Source: Sutcliffiella rhizosphaerae (lineage in GTDB: Bacteria; Bacillota; Bacilli; Bacillales; Bacillaceae_I). From it: a stretch of DNA of 32,000 nucleotides. Positions 1 through 11,642 of this stretch are shown here, piece after piece. The stretch lies in the NCBI RefSeq assembly GCF_917563925.1, contig NZ_CAKJTJ010000009.1, forward strand, positions 77,118 through 109,117, read 5' to 3'. Position 1 is the first letter of the stretch, and each line of letters starts with the position of its first letter. The notes under the pieces were generated by a model. That model did no database searches and was not told where the DNA came from. It worked only from the letters and a program-made list of their open reading frames with translations. The translations under genes were made by a program, and so were the position numbers.

Positions 1-2
1 GA

Positions 3-911
3 TTAAGGATAAACAGCCGTTAAAAAACTTTCATACTTTTTGTCTTCCCCTCTGACAATTTGAAGATACTTTTTTTGAAGCATGCTCGTAATCGGACCGC
101 TATTTCCGTTTCCTATTTGTCTTTTGTCAATAGCACTAACCGGTAACACCTCGACAGCGGTGCCAGTCATAAACACTTCCTCAGCAAAATAAATCTCAGA
201 TTTAGGTATACTTCTGACTTTTACATTGTGGCCATTCACCTGCTTTGCAATCTGCATAATAGTGTTTCTTGTGATTCCTTCCAAAATACTGTCTGAAAGT
301 GGTGGTGTAATGATATCTCCTTGTTTCACAATAAATATATTGTTCGTGCTTGCTTCGCTTATATTTCCTTCCCTTGTTACAAAAATAGCTTCATCTTGCC
401 CTTGTGCAACAGCTTGCGAATAGGCGAGTGCAGAATTCAAGTAGCCGGCTATGCTCTTCACAGTAGGCGGAATCGTACTATTATCAATTCGTAACCATGA
501 AGAAATCATTGCATTCACTGTCGGCTTTTCTACATATCCAACCTCTTCTATAAATATGGTCAAGCCATACTCTGTTTTATAAAGGTTTGGACGTAACGAC
601 GGTAGGTTTATGAATGCTATAGGACGAATATAAATATCTCTTTTTACATTATTTTTCTTCATCAATTCTACTGTTATTTCACAAAGTTCCTTCACCGTAT
701 AAGGGATAGTAATAAAGAGTACTTTGCATGAATTAAGTAGCCGTTGAAAGTGATCTTCTAGCCGGAAAAGATAAAGGTTTTGGTCCTCTTGATTCCAATA
801 TCCGCGAATTCCTTCCAAAGCTCCAAGTCCATAATTGAATGTCTTATTCTTCACGCTGATGACGGCATCGGTAATGGGAATAAAACGACCATCGAAATAT
901 GCGTATTCCAT
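3..911 (-). CDS. ilvE: Branched-chain amino acid aminotransferase (class IV, IlvE-type, about 300 aa form)
   Basis: Complete 302-aa ORF. It aligns along its length by eye with E. coli IlvE motifs (FEGIRGY, YIRP, SSW.R...IP..K, GITR, EVF.TGTA.E..PV, GPIT). The SD AGGGGG lies upstream of the ATG at 911. Confidence 0.85.
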   Translation of the reverse strand: MEYAYFDGRFIPITDAVISVKNKTFNYGLGALEGIRGYWNQEDQNLYLFRLEDHFQRLLNSCKVLFITIPYTVKELCEITVELMKKNNVKRDIYIRPIAFINLPSLRPNLYKTEYGLTIFIEEVGYVEKPTVNAMISSWLRIDNSTIPPTVKSIAGYLNSALAYSQAVAQGQDEAIFVTREGNISEASTNNIFIVKQGDIITPPLSDSILEGITRNTIMQIAKQVNGHNVKVRSIPKSEIYFAEEVFMTGTAVEVLPVSAIDKRQIGNGNSGPITSMLQKKYLQIVRGEDKKYESFLTAVYP

Positions 912-1237
912 TTTCAGCCCCCTGATTTTTTGGTTTATATAATATAAATATATTTTTTATTTAACGGATAAAATAACTTTATTCTATAAAAAAATCAGGT
1001 TGTAATACTTTATAGCAAAAAATTCAGAATAGTTTTACTTTAATTTCTTTTCAGTATGGGATTATGCCTATTATATCAAGGGGTATGGAAGTTTTCTGCT
1101 TATTGAAAAAGGTTTCACTCCCTTGAATTAAGGGAAATACTTTGTTAGCTTAAATACTCGTAACCGTTATGAAAGCATGTTTGGCGCCAAAACTGCTGAA
1201 AAATGACCCCATTGCTTACGGGAAATACAGGAGTTGA

Positions 1238-2746
1238 ATGTTTTTGGAAACTGGAGTTTTTATTTCAATAGGATTATATTTTATAGCCATGTTGGCTATC
1301 GGTTTTTATGCATATAAAAAATCTACTGACGATATATCTGGTTATATGCTTGGAGGACGAAAATTAGGTCCAGGTGTCACAGCCCTCTCTGCAGGAGCAT
1401 CCGATATGAGCGGATGGATGATGATGGGCTTACCTGGTGCCATGTACGTTTCAGGTGTTTCGAGTGTTTGGATTGCAGTCGGATTAACGATAGGTGCTTA
1501 TTTAAACTACATTATCTTAGCACCAAGATTAAGGGTCTATACCGAGACAGCGAACGATTCCATTACGATACCAGACTTTTTTGAAAACCGATTCTTTGAT
1601 GAATCACGAATATTAAGATTTGTGTCTGCGATAGTAATTATCATCTTTTTTACTTTATATACTTCCGCTGGGATGGTTTCTGGTGGAACACTTTTCGATA
1701 GTGCTTTTGGTGTCGACTATACATTAGGTCTATTTCTAGTGGCCGGTGTCACCATTGCCTACACATTATTTGGAGGATTCCTAGGTGCTAGCTTAACAGA
1801 CTTTGTACAAGGAACTATTATGCTCCTTGCTCTCGTCATTGTCCCACTTGTAGCACTAACAGACCTTGGTGGACCAGCAGTCGTTCTAAATGAAGTAAGA
1901 GCTCTTGATCCATCCTATCTAGATTTATTCAAGGGAACGACCGTACTTGGTATTATCTCACTTCTCGCATGGGGACTTGGCTATTTCGGACAGCCGCATA
2001 TCATTGTCCGCTTTATGGCAATCAGATCCATTCGTGACCTTAAAACAGCTCGCCGCATCGGTATCAGTTGGATGGCTGTAACGATTATTGGTGCAATGTC
2101 TACAGGTTTTGTAGGAATCGCTTATGTCAGCTTAACGGATTTGAGTCTAGTAGATCCAGAGACGGTCTTTATCGTCTTTTCCCAGTTACTGTTTAACCCA
2201 CTTGTGGCCGGCTTCTTACTTGCTGCCATTTTAGCGGCCATCATGAGTACCGTATCTTCACAGCTGCTTGTAACATCCAGTGCGTTGACAGAAGACTTTT
2301 ACAAAACCTTTTTACGCCGTCAAGCTTCTGATAAAGAGCTTGTAACGGTAGGGCGCATTTGTGTCTTACTCGTTTCGATTGTAGCTATTTTGCTATCTCT
2401 TACTCCAAGTGATACGATTTTGAATCTTGTTGGTAATGCTTGGGCAGGATTTGGTTCTGCATTCGGTCCAGTCATCGTACTAAGCTTATATTGGAAACGT
2501 ATGAATCAGTGGGGAGCGTTAGCTGGAATGCTTGTTGGAACTCTCACTGTTCTAATATGGATTTATGGACCGTTCACTATTGGTGGAGAGCGTCTAACAG
2601 ATGTTTTATATGAAATGATACCTGGATTCTTCTTAAGTACTCTTGCAATCATTATCGTTAGTCTCCTTACTAATACTTCTGATAAAAAAGTTCAAGATGG
2701 CTTTTCTGAAATGGAAGAAGTATTGGCTAACGAACAAAATAAATAA
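1238..2746 (+). CDS. putP: Sodium:proline symporter (SSS family)
   Basis: 502-aa polytopic membrane ORF. The N-terminus (GYMLGGRKLGPGVTALSAGASDMSGWMMMGLPG) is typical of PutP/OpuE. The SD AGGAG lies 6 nt upstream of the ATG. Confidence 0.9.
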   Translation: MFLETGVFISIGLYFIAMLAIGFYAYKKSTDDISGYMLGGRKLGPGVTALSAGASDMSGWMMMGLPGAMYVSGVSSVWIAVGLTIGAYLNYIILAPRLRVYTETANDSITIPDFFENRFFDESRILRFVSAIVIIIFFTLYTSAGMVSGGTLFDSAFGVDYTLGLFLVAGVTIAYTLFGGFLGASLTDFVQGTIMLLALVIVPLVALTDLGGPAVVLNEVRALDPSYLDLFKGTTVLGIISLLAWGLGYFGQPHIIVRFMAIRSIRDLKTARRIGISWMAVTIIGAMSTGFVGIAYVSLTDLSLVDPETVFIVFSQLLFNPLVAGFLLAAILAAIMSTVSSQLLVTSSALTEDFYKTFLRRQASDKELVTVGRICVLLVSIVAILLSLTPSDTILNLVGNAWAGFGSAFGPVIVLSLYWKRMNQWGALAGMLVGTLTVLIWIYGPFTIGGERLTDVLYEMIPGFFLSTLAIIIVSLLTNTSDKKVQDGFSEMEEVLANEQNK

Positions 2747-2750
2747 ACAA

Positions 2751-2786
2751 AAAAGGCCCAGCCACGTGCTTGGCCTTTTTTATTAG
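2751..2786 (+). terminator. Rho-independent terminator after putP
   Basis: Imperfect GC-rich hairpin AAGGCCCAGC..GCTTGGCCTT followed by a T-run, starting 5 nt after the putP stop. Confidence 0.7.
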
Positions 2787-3113
2787 AATAGCTTTTTGAA
2801 AAGTTGATTTCGATTTTTTCTCTAGAAGCCTTGTGCTGCAAGATGTTAAGAATTTCTTAATCAAACGTTTGTTTGAAAAAACCTATTGTAGAATAGAGGT
2901 TTGTGTCGATTCTTGTTGATATTAGTCGCGTTTGTGAATTATACCACTACACCTTTTTTAAAAGTTAATTTCTCAAAAAAACTTATCAACCTTATAGCAA
3001 TAAGGATTAGCCATTACTATTAATCGGACGTTCGTTTGAAAATTACTATCTTAAAAAATCATAGATCTGTTACTAATTCACGTGCTGCAGTTTGGAATAT
3101 TGGATTTCACTTC

Positions 3114-3281
3114 ACCTTTCGAAGCATCCGTAAAACCATTCGTGTTCTTTTGGAAAACTTTGATGGTGTTCTGCAAACCTTTCAAGGTGTTTCACGAACC
3201 TTTGATTGTCTTTCGCAAACCTTTGAAGGTATCACTCGTACCTTTGATGCTAACTCGCTAACCTTTCGAGGTCCACGCGTG
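3114..3281. repeat. Tandem array A: 8 units of exactly 21 bp
   Basis: Cores (acctttc, accattc, aactttg, acctttc, acctttg x3, acctttc) start at 3114, 3135, 3156, 3177, 3198, 3219, 3240 and 3261. Plus-strand consensus is AACCTTTGA/CCTTTCGA. On the minus strand it reads CMTCRAAAGGTT. A degenerate unit (tttggaatat) lies at 3093. Confidence 0.9.
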
Positions 3282-3365
3282 ATCTCCATCACATGGGCTC
3301 ACTATGTTCTCGAAAATAGCCCTATTAAAAAAAGCCCTCACTTCAAAAGTGACGGCTTTTTCATT

Positions 3366-4013
3366 TTATTTACTATCTACTAATAATAGGACTTCCGGTT
3401 TATTTGCGTTATTTACGACAAATATACTATATACTGTGTTTTTATCAAATTTCTTCCGAGGTAAGTCTAGAATTTTTTTCCCATCCGTTGTGGTGATCTC
3501 CAAAGCATATTTGCCAGGCTTAAGTTGCTGATATACGGTAATATCTTTGAATGCTACTCCTGTAAATAGTTTGTTCTCTTTTTTGATACGTACATCGACT
3601 TTTGGTGCATCTGGTGAAAGATGTCCCAATCGGACTAGTGTTTTTCCTTTTGGCGCTTTTGTCGTATCTTCCACAGCAATTAATTCTAAGGAGTTCAGCT
3701 TATTAACAGCAGCTAACGTGTAAAATTTCCCGCCATCGAGCGATAGCTCTCTTGAAATAATTGCCTTGTCCTTAGTACCCGCCGGAAAAATCTCCAATTT
3801 ATGTGCACCAGATGCAATTGGGAGGTATTTCGTTGCATCTTTAAATTTAGCCCCACTTACAACTGCTTTATTGTCTATATAAACATCGACAGCTTGTGCA
3901 TCGGGTGAAGCATGCAAAATTCGAACTTTCGCTTCTTGTGGAGCAGCATAGGCATTATTCAGACAACTAAATAAAAATAGGAAAACCAAACTTACACTAA
4001 CTAATTTTTTCAT
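3366..4013 (-). CDS. Secreted DUF4397 domain protein with two internal repeats
   Basis: 215-aa ORF with an N-terminal signal peptide (MKKLVSVSLVFLFLFSCLNNAYA). It has two copies of the (V/L)R(I/L)xHxSPDAPxVDV... module typical of DUF4397. The SD AAGGAG precedes the ATG. Confidence 0.75.
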   Translation of the reverse strand: MKKLVSVSLVFLFLFSCLNNAYAAPQEAKVRILHASPDAQAVDVYIDNKAVVSGAKFKDATKYLPIASGAHKLEIFPAGTKDKAIISRELSLDGGKFYTLAAVNKLNSLELIAVEDTTKAPKGKTLVRLGHLSPDAPKVDVRIKKENKLFTGVAFKDITVYQQLKPGKYALEITTTDGKKILDLPRKKFDKNTVYSIFVVNNANKPEVLLLVDSK

Positions 4014-4084
4014 GTTTTTTCTCCTTAACTATGTAAAGTTTCTATTCATAGTTAGTATGAAAAAAAAGAAGTATTTTTATGTAT

Positions 4085-4126
4085 ATAAAAAGCTGACATT
4101 AGCACTTAGGCAAATGTCAGCTTTTT
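4085..4126 (-). terminator. Rho-independent terminator after pruA
   Basis: Perfect 10-bp stem agctgacatt (4091-4100) / aatgtcagct (4113-4122). On the minus-strand RNA it is followed by UUUUAUAUA. It begins a few nt after the stop at 4132-4134. Confidence 0.8.
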
Positions 4127-4131
4127 TACTA

Positions 4132-5679
4132 TTATAAAGTTTCAGAAGTTGTTTTTGCTTGTAAGTGAAGTAGTAGGTAATCTGGTCCACCAGCTTTAGA
4201 GTCTGTACCAGACATGTTGAATCCACCAAATGGTTGGTATCCAACGATTGCACCTGTACAACCACGGTTGAAGTATAAGTTACCAACGTGGAAGTCTTCA
4301 CGAGCTTGCTCAATTTTGTCGCGGTTATTAGTGATTACCGCTCCAGTTAAGCCGTACTCTGTGTTGTTAGCAATTTCAAGCGCATGATCGAAGTCTTTTG
4401 CTTTTGCAAATGCTACAACTGGTCCGAAGATTTCTTCTTTCATTAGGCGAGCTTCTGGATCTACGTCTGCAACGATAGTTGGCTGTACGAAGAATCCTTT
4501 GGAGTTGTCCCCTTCTCCACCTGCTGCAATGCGTCCTTCTTCTTTACCGATGCCTACGTATTTCATTACTTTGTCAAACGCAGCTTGGTCGATAACAGGA
4601 CCCATGTAGTTGGATGGATCTGTTGGATCACCAACTGTTAGTTCTTTTGTTAACTCTACTGCACGGTTAAGAACTTGGTCATACACATCTTCCACAATTA
4701 CTGCACGAGAGCATGCAGAACATTTCTGACCAGAGAATCCGAATGCAGATTTTACGATAGATTGAGCTGCTAATTCAAGATCTCCCTCGCTATCTACCAC
4801 AATCGTATCTTTACCACCCATTTCAGCGATTACACGCTTTAACCAAATTTGGCCTGGGTTGACTTTGGAAGCACGCTCATAGATGCGAGTTCCTACATCA
4901 CGAGAACCTGTGAAGGAAATAAAACGAGTACGTGGGTGGTCTACTAAGTAGTCCCCAACCTCAGCTCCGCTTCCTGGTACGAAGTTAAGTACTCCAGTAG
5001 GTAAGCCTGCTTCTTCCATTACTTCTACAAATTTAGCTGCAACTACAGGTGTAGTGGATGCAGGTTTTAATAGTACAGTGTTTCCAGATACAATCGCCGC
5101 AACAGTAGTTCCAGCCATTATTGCAAATGGGAAGTTCCATGGAGAGATGATAACACCTACACCAAGTGGGATATAGTTATAACGGTTATATTCGCCTGGA
5201 CGGCTTTCCACAGGCATTCCGTCTTTTAGTTTTAACATTTGACGTGCATAGTACTCTAGAAAATCAATTGCTTCTGCAGTATCTGCATCTGCCTCATTCC
5301 AAGGCTTCCCTGCTTCTTTCGTTAAAAGTGCAGAGAATTCGTCCTTACGACGACGAATGATAGCTGCCGCACGGAACAAAATGTCTGCTCTTACTTCAGG
5401 CTTCACTTTGCGCCACGTTTTGAACGTTTCATCAGCAACTTGCATTGCTTTCTCCGCTAAGTCACGATCTGCCTTTGATACACGACCAATAACCTCTTCT
5501 TTATTTGCAGGGTTTACGGAAACGATTTTTGATTCAGTCGTAACACGCTCTCCACCGATAACTAAGTCGTAATCTTGTCCTAAATAAGAATTCACTAGCT
5601 TCAAGCCTTCAAGATAAGCTTGTTTATTTTCCTCGTTAGTGAAATCAGTAAATGGTTCATGTTTGTAAGGTAATACCAT
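4132..5679 (-). CDS. pruA: 1-pyrroline-5-carboxylate (L-glutamate gamma-semialdehyde) dehydrogenase, RocA/PutC type
   Basis: Near-colinear with B. subtilis RocA as I recall it (HEPFTDF.., [49 protein letters not shown]). The track ORF starts at 5721, but the ATG at 5679 ([10 protein letters not shown]) has the SD AAGGAGGG and gives the expected 515 aa. Confidence 0.92.
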   Translation of the reverse strand: MVLPYKHEPFTDFTNEENKQAYLEGLKLVNSYLGQDYDLVIGGERVTTESKIVSVNPANKEEVIGRVSKADRDLAEKAMQVADETFKTWRKVKPEVRADILFRAAAIIRRRKDEFSALLTKEAGKPWNEADADTAEAIDFLEYYARQMLKLKDGMPVESRPGEYNRYNYIPLGVGVIISPWNFPFAIMAGTTVAAIVSGNTVLLKPASTTPVVAAKFVEVMEEAGLPTGVLNFVPGSGAEVGDYLVDHPRTRFISFTGSRDVGTRIYERASKVNPGQIWLKRVIAEMGGKDTIVVDSEGDLELAAQSIVKSAFGFSGQKCSACSRAVIVEDVYDQVLNRAVELTKELTVGDPTDPSNYMGPVIDQAAFDKVMKYVGIGKEEGRIAAGGEGDNSKGFFVQPTIVADVDPEARLMKEEIFGPVVAFAKAKDFDHALEIANNTEYGLTGAVITNNRDKIEQAREDFHVGNLYFNRGCTGAIVGYQPFGGFNMSGTDSKAGGPDYLLLHLQAKTTSETL

Positions 5680-5724
5680 TACATTAGCCCTCCTTTGCAT
5701 TCTACAAGCGCTTGCATACATTTC

Positions 5725-5753
5725 TCATTCTACCTTATCATTACTAGTCTTTC
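5725..5753 (-). promoter_or_regulatory. SigmaA-type promoter for pruA
   Basis: On the minus strand: TTGAAA (5753-5748), a 17-nt spacer, then TAGAAT (5730-5725), about 45 nt upstream of the start codon. I found no sigma54 -24/-12 element (TGGCAC-N5-TTGCA). Confidence 0.6.
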
Positions 5754-5916
5754 AAATATTGTTTATTTAATATAGAAAGAAAAATTGCTGGCTATAGACA
5801 GGATAGGACAAACACAAAATTGTGCTAATTATCCGACATTTAATCAAAGGTTATATGTATGCTTTAGAGCATATGATTTTGCCAAAGAAGTTCGAAAGCA
5901 GGTATATGTTTTGGAC

Positions 5917-6063
5917 GAAAATAGTGATAAAGCTAGGCAAAATATCTAAAAATGTTGTGAAAATATCTAAAAACGTTGTGTATTTATCGATAAATGCTGT
6001 GAAAATATCGATAAGTCTCGGGAATATATCAATAAACACCCTGAACATTTCGATACCATCTAA
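5917..6063. repeat. Tandem array B: 7 units of exactly 21 bp, plus-strand consensus GAAAATATCGAWAA+N7
   Basis: Units start at 5917, 5938, 5959, 5980, 6001, 6022 and 6043 (for example caaaatatctaaaaatgttgt and gaaaatatctaaaaacgttgt). The 14-nt core is essentially the same as array E read on the opposite strand. Confidence 0.9.
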
Positions 6064-6096
6064 ATTTATGGTATTTTCCTTTCATTGGAGCACACC

Positions 6097-6132
6097 AAAA
6101 AGCCTACTATTCAAGAAAATAGTAAGCTTTTT
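6097..6132 (-). terminator. Rho-independent terminator after the camS/yerH-like gene
   Basis: Stem agcctactatt / aatagtaagct with one G-U pair on the minus RNA, followed on the minus strand by UUUUUGG. It abuts the stop at 6136-6138. Confidence 0.7.
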
Positions 6133-6135
6133 ACT

Positions 6136-7296
6136 CTAATAAATATGCACAAACGGTTTTTCAGCACCGGCATCTCGTACGACCAGGGCTTCCTGACCAC
6201 TGATGGAAGAGATGGATACTTGTAGATTGATATAGTTAGGGAAATGCTCTAGCAATAGTCCTGTTACATATTGAGTGAAGCCGATAAGCTCCGCCTTACC
6301 GTTGAATTCCATATTCACTTCAATAGCTAGCTGTTGGAGCTCGCCGTCTTGATAGTACCCTTTTCCGACTACACCCGTATGGTTAGGGAAGTAGTCATCA
6401 ATATCAAGCTTAAAGTTTTCGAAACGAACGGCATCCTCTCTATATAGCTCGGTTGTTTGACGATTTGGGAAAAGACGGTACTCTTCCTTCACTTCATCCC
6501 ATCTTCCAATTGTGCCATCGCCTCCCCCAACAGTAGCTTGAGCAATAAAGTTTCCAGGCACGATGGAATTGGCAGGGCTTTGTTTGTATAGACCGATAAT
6601 AACTGGAACATTGGCAAGGCCTTCCATGTTACGAATACGCTTCAAGACTTCCTCAGCAATTCTCTTACCTTCTTGCTCTATTTGTTCATCTGGAATAGTA
6701 TACTCCCTTGGGAAACCACCTTCATTTGCTGTGAGATTATAATAATGGACAGAGTTAAGGGCGATACCTATCGCTATTCCGCCAAGTTCTACTTGATCTT
6801 CGCCGCGGCGGATCAGGTAATTTTGCTCTTGAATATGAGCAAGAATAATTGGGCTGTTTTCATTTGTTTCTTCAGTGTCTTCTCCTTCAACCAATGGCGG
6901 ATTCAATCCTTGGCTGTCCTCATCACTTGGATCCACTCTATTTAGCCATGAACGGACAACATCTCGTTTGATGTATTGCCCTTCCTGATATAAATAGTTC
7001 TCAGAAGGGAATACATCTTGTGCCATTCGCATCAGGCCGGTTTCGAGTTCTTCCACATCCACCCTACTGCTTAAGCGCGGAGCGATTTGACCACGGGTTT
7101 CTCCTGGCTTATAGGGAAGAATGGTTTGATAATAATCATCTGATATTTTATATCTTGGGACAATGGCTTGTTCCATATTTTCTTGTTGCGCTGGATCTTG
7201 CACCACTTCTTCCTGTCTTTCAAATCCTGGCACACATCCAGTGGCAAAGAGGGAAACAACAAGGAGCAACGATAAAAACCTTTTCACTTCCAACAC
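6136..7296 (-). CDS. camS: CamS-family sex-pheromone/lipoprotein (YerH-like)
   Basis: The lipobox LFATGC follows a signal peptide. The gene sits immediately downstream of ligA, as yerH does in B. subtilis. The track start is GTG at 7296. The GTG at 7287 (MKRFLSLLL) is better spaced from the SD AAGAGGTG and may be the true start. Confidence 0.75.
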   Translation of the reverse strand: MLEVKRFLSLLLVVSLFATGCVPGFERQEEVVQDPAQQENMEQAIVPRYKISDDYYQTILPYKPGETRGQIAPRLSSRVDVEELETGLMRMAQDVFPSENYLYQEGQYIKRDVVRSWLNRVDPSDEDSQGLNPPLVEGEDTEETNENSPIILAHIQEQNYLIRRGEDQVELGGIAIGIALNSVHYYNLTANEGGFPREYTIPDEQIEQEGKRIAEEVLKRIRNMEGLANVPVIIGLYKQSPANSIVPGNFIAQATVGGGDGTIGRWDEVKEEYRLFPNRQTTELYREDAVRFENFKLDIDDYFPNHTGVVGKGYYQDGELQQLAIEVNMEFNGKAELIGFTQYVTGLLLEHFPNYINLQVSISSISGQEALVVRDAGAEKPFVHIY

Positions 7297-7299
7297 CTC

Positions 7300-9321
<2,022 letters not shown>

Positions 9322-11586
9322 CTATCCTTGAACTTTCGTTACAGGTGCAAATTTTGCCAATAGCCGTTTAATACCGGTCGGACTTGGAAAAGCGATATCA
9401 AGTTCCTTACTGTCGCCTTCCCCTTTTACACTTACCACTGTTCCGATGCCCCATTTTTTATGTTCCGCTTTGTCACCGACCATCCAATCCAAACTTTCTC
9501 CGCCTGTGGACTTTAACGGACGTGTAGGTGTAGATGCTCGACGTGGGTTTGCAGGCGCAGCTGCAGCTCTTCCTCCACCAAACGGGGTGGACGTTTGCGT
9601 TCTGTTGCCAAATGGAGTTGGGCGGGATTCCGTAATAACTAGACTTTCTATGAGCTCTTCTGGTATTTCTTTTATAAATCGGGATGGGGGATTGATATTG
9701 GTTCGACCAAATAATGTCCGCAGCTGCGCATTTGTAAGGAAGAGTTCTTCTTCTGCACGGGTAATTCCTACATAGGCTAGGCGGCGCTCCTCTTCCATTT
9801 CCGCTTCTTCAAATAAGGAGCGGCTGTGCGGGAAGACACCCTCCTCCATACCAATTAAAAATACTACCGGAAACTCCAATCCTTTCGCCGCGTGAAGTGT
9901 CATTAAAATGACCCCTTCCTGCTGGGCGGCATCCTCTTCATCTAATTTGTCTATATCTGCCACAAGGGCTAGATCTGTTAAAAATGCCACAAGACTTTTG
10001 TCATCGTATTTTTCTTCAAAATTTTTCGTAACAGATAGGAATTCATCAATATTCTCTAGTCTGCTTTGTGATTCAATGGTTTTGTCCGCCTTCAGCATGT
10101 CACGGTAACCAGATTTTTCGAGTACTTCCTCCACAAGTTCAGTGACCGATATATATTCCTGCATTTGTACATAATTCTCAATTAAGGAACGGAACTCCTT
10201 CAACTGAGAAGTCGCTCGTCCACTGACACCAATGAGGTCCACTTCTGCAAGAGCCTGAAAAATAGATATGTCATGCTCTGTTGCATAATTTGCAATTTTA
10301 TCAACAGTCGTCGCTCCAATTCCTCGCTTTGGAACATTAACAATACGCTGCAGACTAATATCATCGTCCGGATTAGCTATTAAGCGTAGATATGCCAGGA
10401 TATCTTTAATTTCTTTACGGTCATAGAACTTTGTCCCGCCTACAATCGTGTAATTGATATTGGACATGAGGAGCATTTCCTCCATTACCCGCGATTGAGC
10501 GTTTGTCCGATAAAGAATGGCAAAATCACCTAGAGTTCGTTTAGGATTCTTTTGCATTAGTTCTCGCATTTTTCCAACAACAAATTGCCCTTCCGATTTC
10601 TCAGAATCGGCTTGATAGTGGACAATTTTTTGCCCTTCATCGTTTTGTGTCCATAGGTTCTTCTTTTTTCGGCTAATATTGTTATCAATCACACGGTTTG
10701 CCGCTTCAAGTATGCGTTTAGTGGAGCGATAGTTCTGCTCAAGTAATACAACCTCTGCTTTTGGATAATCTTTTTCAAAAGAAAGGATGTTGGCAATATC
10801 CGCCCCACGCCAGCGATAGATGGATTGATCGGAGTCCCCTACTACACATAGATTTTGCAAGCGATCTGCAAGTAAATTTACGAGCGTATACTGCGCACGG
10901 TTCGTATCCTGATATTCATCAACATGAATATACTGAAATTTACGTTGATAGTACTCAAGCACTTCAGGCACCCTTTTGAACAGATGGATGGTAGACATAA
11001 TCAAATCATCAAAATCCAGAGCCTGATTTTTCTTCAGCCTTTTTTGATACTCTGTGTAGACCTCGCTCACTTGCTGTTCATAAGGTCCCAGTGGCTGCTT
11101 CGCATATTGCTCTGGGTTGAATAGCTCGTTTTTCGCTGAGCTAATCGTCCCTAAGATTGTTCTTGGTTCAAATTTTTTCGGGTCAATATTGCGGTCTTTT
11201 AAAATACTTTTTATAACCGAAAGCTGATCGGTACTGTCTAGTATCGTAAAATTGCGATTGAAACCAATGCGATCAATATCTCTTCTAAGAATCCTAACGC
11301 ACATGGAGTGGAAAGTAGATATCCAAATATCTTCCGCAGCTGGGCCAAGTATAGTTTCCACACGATCTTTCATTTCACGTGCTGCCTTATTCGTAAAGGT
11401 AATCGCTAAGATATTCCAAGGCGCTATTTGTTTTTCCGCCATTAAATAAGCAATCCGGTGCGTTAACACCTTCGTTTTGCCACTTCCCGCTCCAGCCATG
11501 ATCAATAATGGTCCATCCGTTTTCTTTACTGCTTCCTGTTGCATTGGGTTTAAGCCCTCAAGCAGCCTTTGACTTAAATATTGCAT
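9322..11586 (-). CDS. pcrA: ATP-dependent DNA helicase PcrA (UvrD/Rep superfamily 1)
   Basis: The N-terminus ([37 protein letters not shown]) is nearly identical to B. subtilis PcrA as I recall it. Walker A, DEYQDT and the remaining SF1 motifs are present. Confidence 0.95.
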   Translation of the reverse strand: MQYLSQRLLEGLNPMQQEAVKKTDGPLLIMAGAGSGKTKVLTHRIAYLMAEKQIAPWNILAITFTNKAAREMKDRVETILGPAAEDIWISTFHSMCVRILRRDIDRIGFNRNFTILDSTDQLSVIKSILKDRNIDPKKFEPRTILGTISSAKNELFNPEQYAKQPLGPYEQQVSEVYTEYQKRLKKNQALDFDDLIMSTIHLFKRVPEVLEYYQRKFQYIHVDEYQDTNRAQYTLVNLLADRLQNLCVVGDSDQSIYRWRGADIANILSFEKDYPKAEVVLLEQNYRSTKRILEAANRVIDNNISRKKKNLWTQNDEGQKIVHYQADSEKSEGQFVVGKMRELMQKNPKRTLGDFAILYRTNAQSRVMEEMLLMSNINYTIVGGTKFYDRKEIKDILAYLRLIANPDDDISLQRIVNVPKRGIGATTVDKIANYATEHDISIFQALAEVDLIGVSGRATSQLKEFRSLIENYVQMQEYISVTELVEEVLEKSGYRDMLKADKTIESQSRLENIDEFLSVTKNFEEKYDDKSLVAFLTDLALVADIDKLDEEDAAQQEGVILMTLHAAKGLEFPVVFLIGMEEGVFPHSRSLFEEAEMEEERRLAYVGITRAEEELFLTNAQLRTLFGRTNINPPSRFIKEIPEELIESLVITESRPTPFGNRTQTSTPFGGGRAAAAPANPRRASTPTRPLKSTGGESLDWMVGDKAEHKKWGIGTVVSVKGEGDSKELDIAFPSPTGIKRLLAKFAPVTKVQG

Positions 11587-11642
11587 GATTTCACCGTCCT
11601 AACAAACATATGTTCTTATCTTCTATCATACTAAACTTTCGC

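Noticed and set aside
912-1237. A T-box or other known riboswitch in the ilvE / putP divergent spacer
   Set aside because: No T-box sequence (GGUGGUACCGCG-like) or specifier-loop architecture is visible. The region is simply AT-rich with one long inverted repeat.
3036-3383. 115-aa ORF with a TFxGxxR heptad repeat
   Set aside because: It has a TTG start and no SD. The amino-acid periodicity is a direct consequence of the 21-bp (7-codon) DNA repeat, and the ORF runs into the convergent DUF4397 gene. I treat it as a repeat-generated pseudo-ORF.
4077-4313. 78-aa minus ORF overlapping the pruA 3' end and its terminator
   Set aside because: It is an alternative frame of pruA that runs through the terminator hairpin, with no SD.
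5722-5830. A sigma54 (-24/-12) promoter, as for B. subtilis rocABC
   Set aside because: I found no TGGCAC-N5-TTGCA-like element on the minus strand. A good sigmaA -35/-10 pair with 17-nt spacing is present instead.
5822-6139. 105-aa (+) and 65-aa (-, 5851-6048) ORFs over array B
   Set aside because: Both strands are open over the same repeat, and neither ORF has an SD. The plus ORF crosses the yerH terminator. The KISKNVV heptads simply mirror the DNA units.
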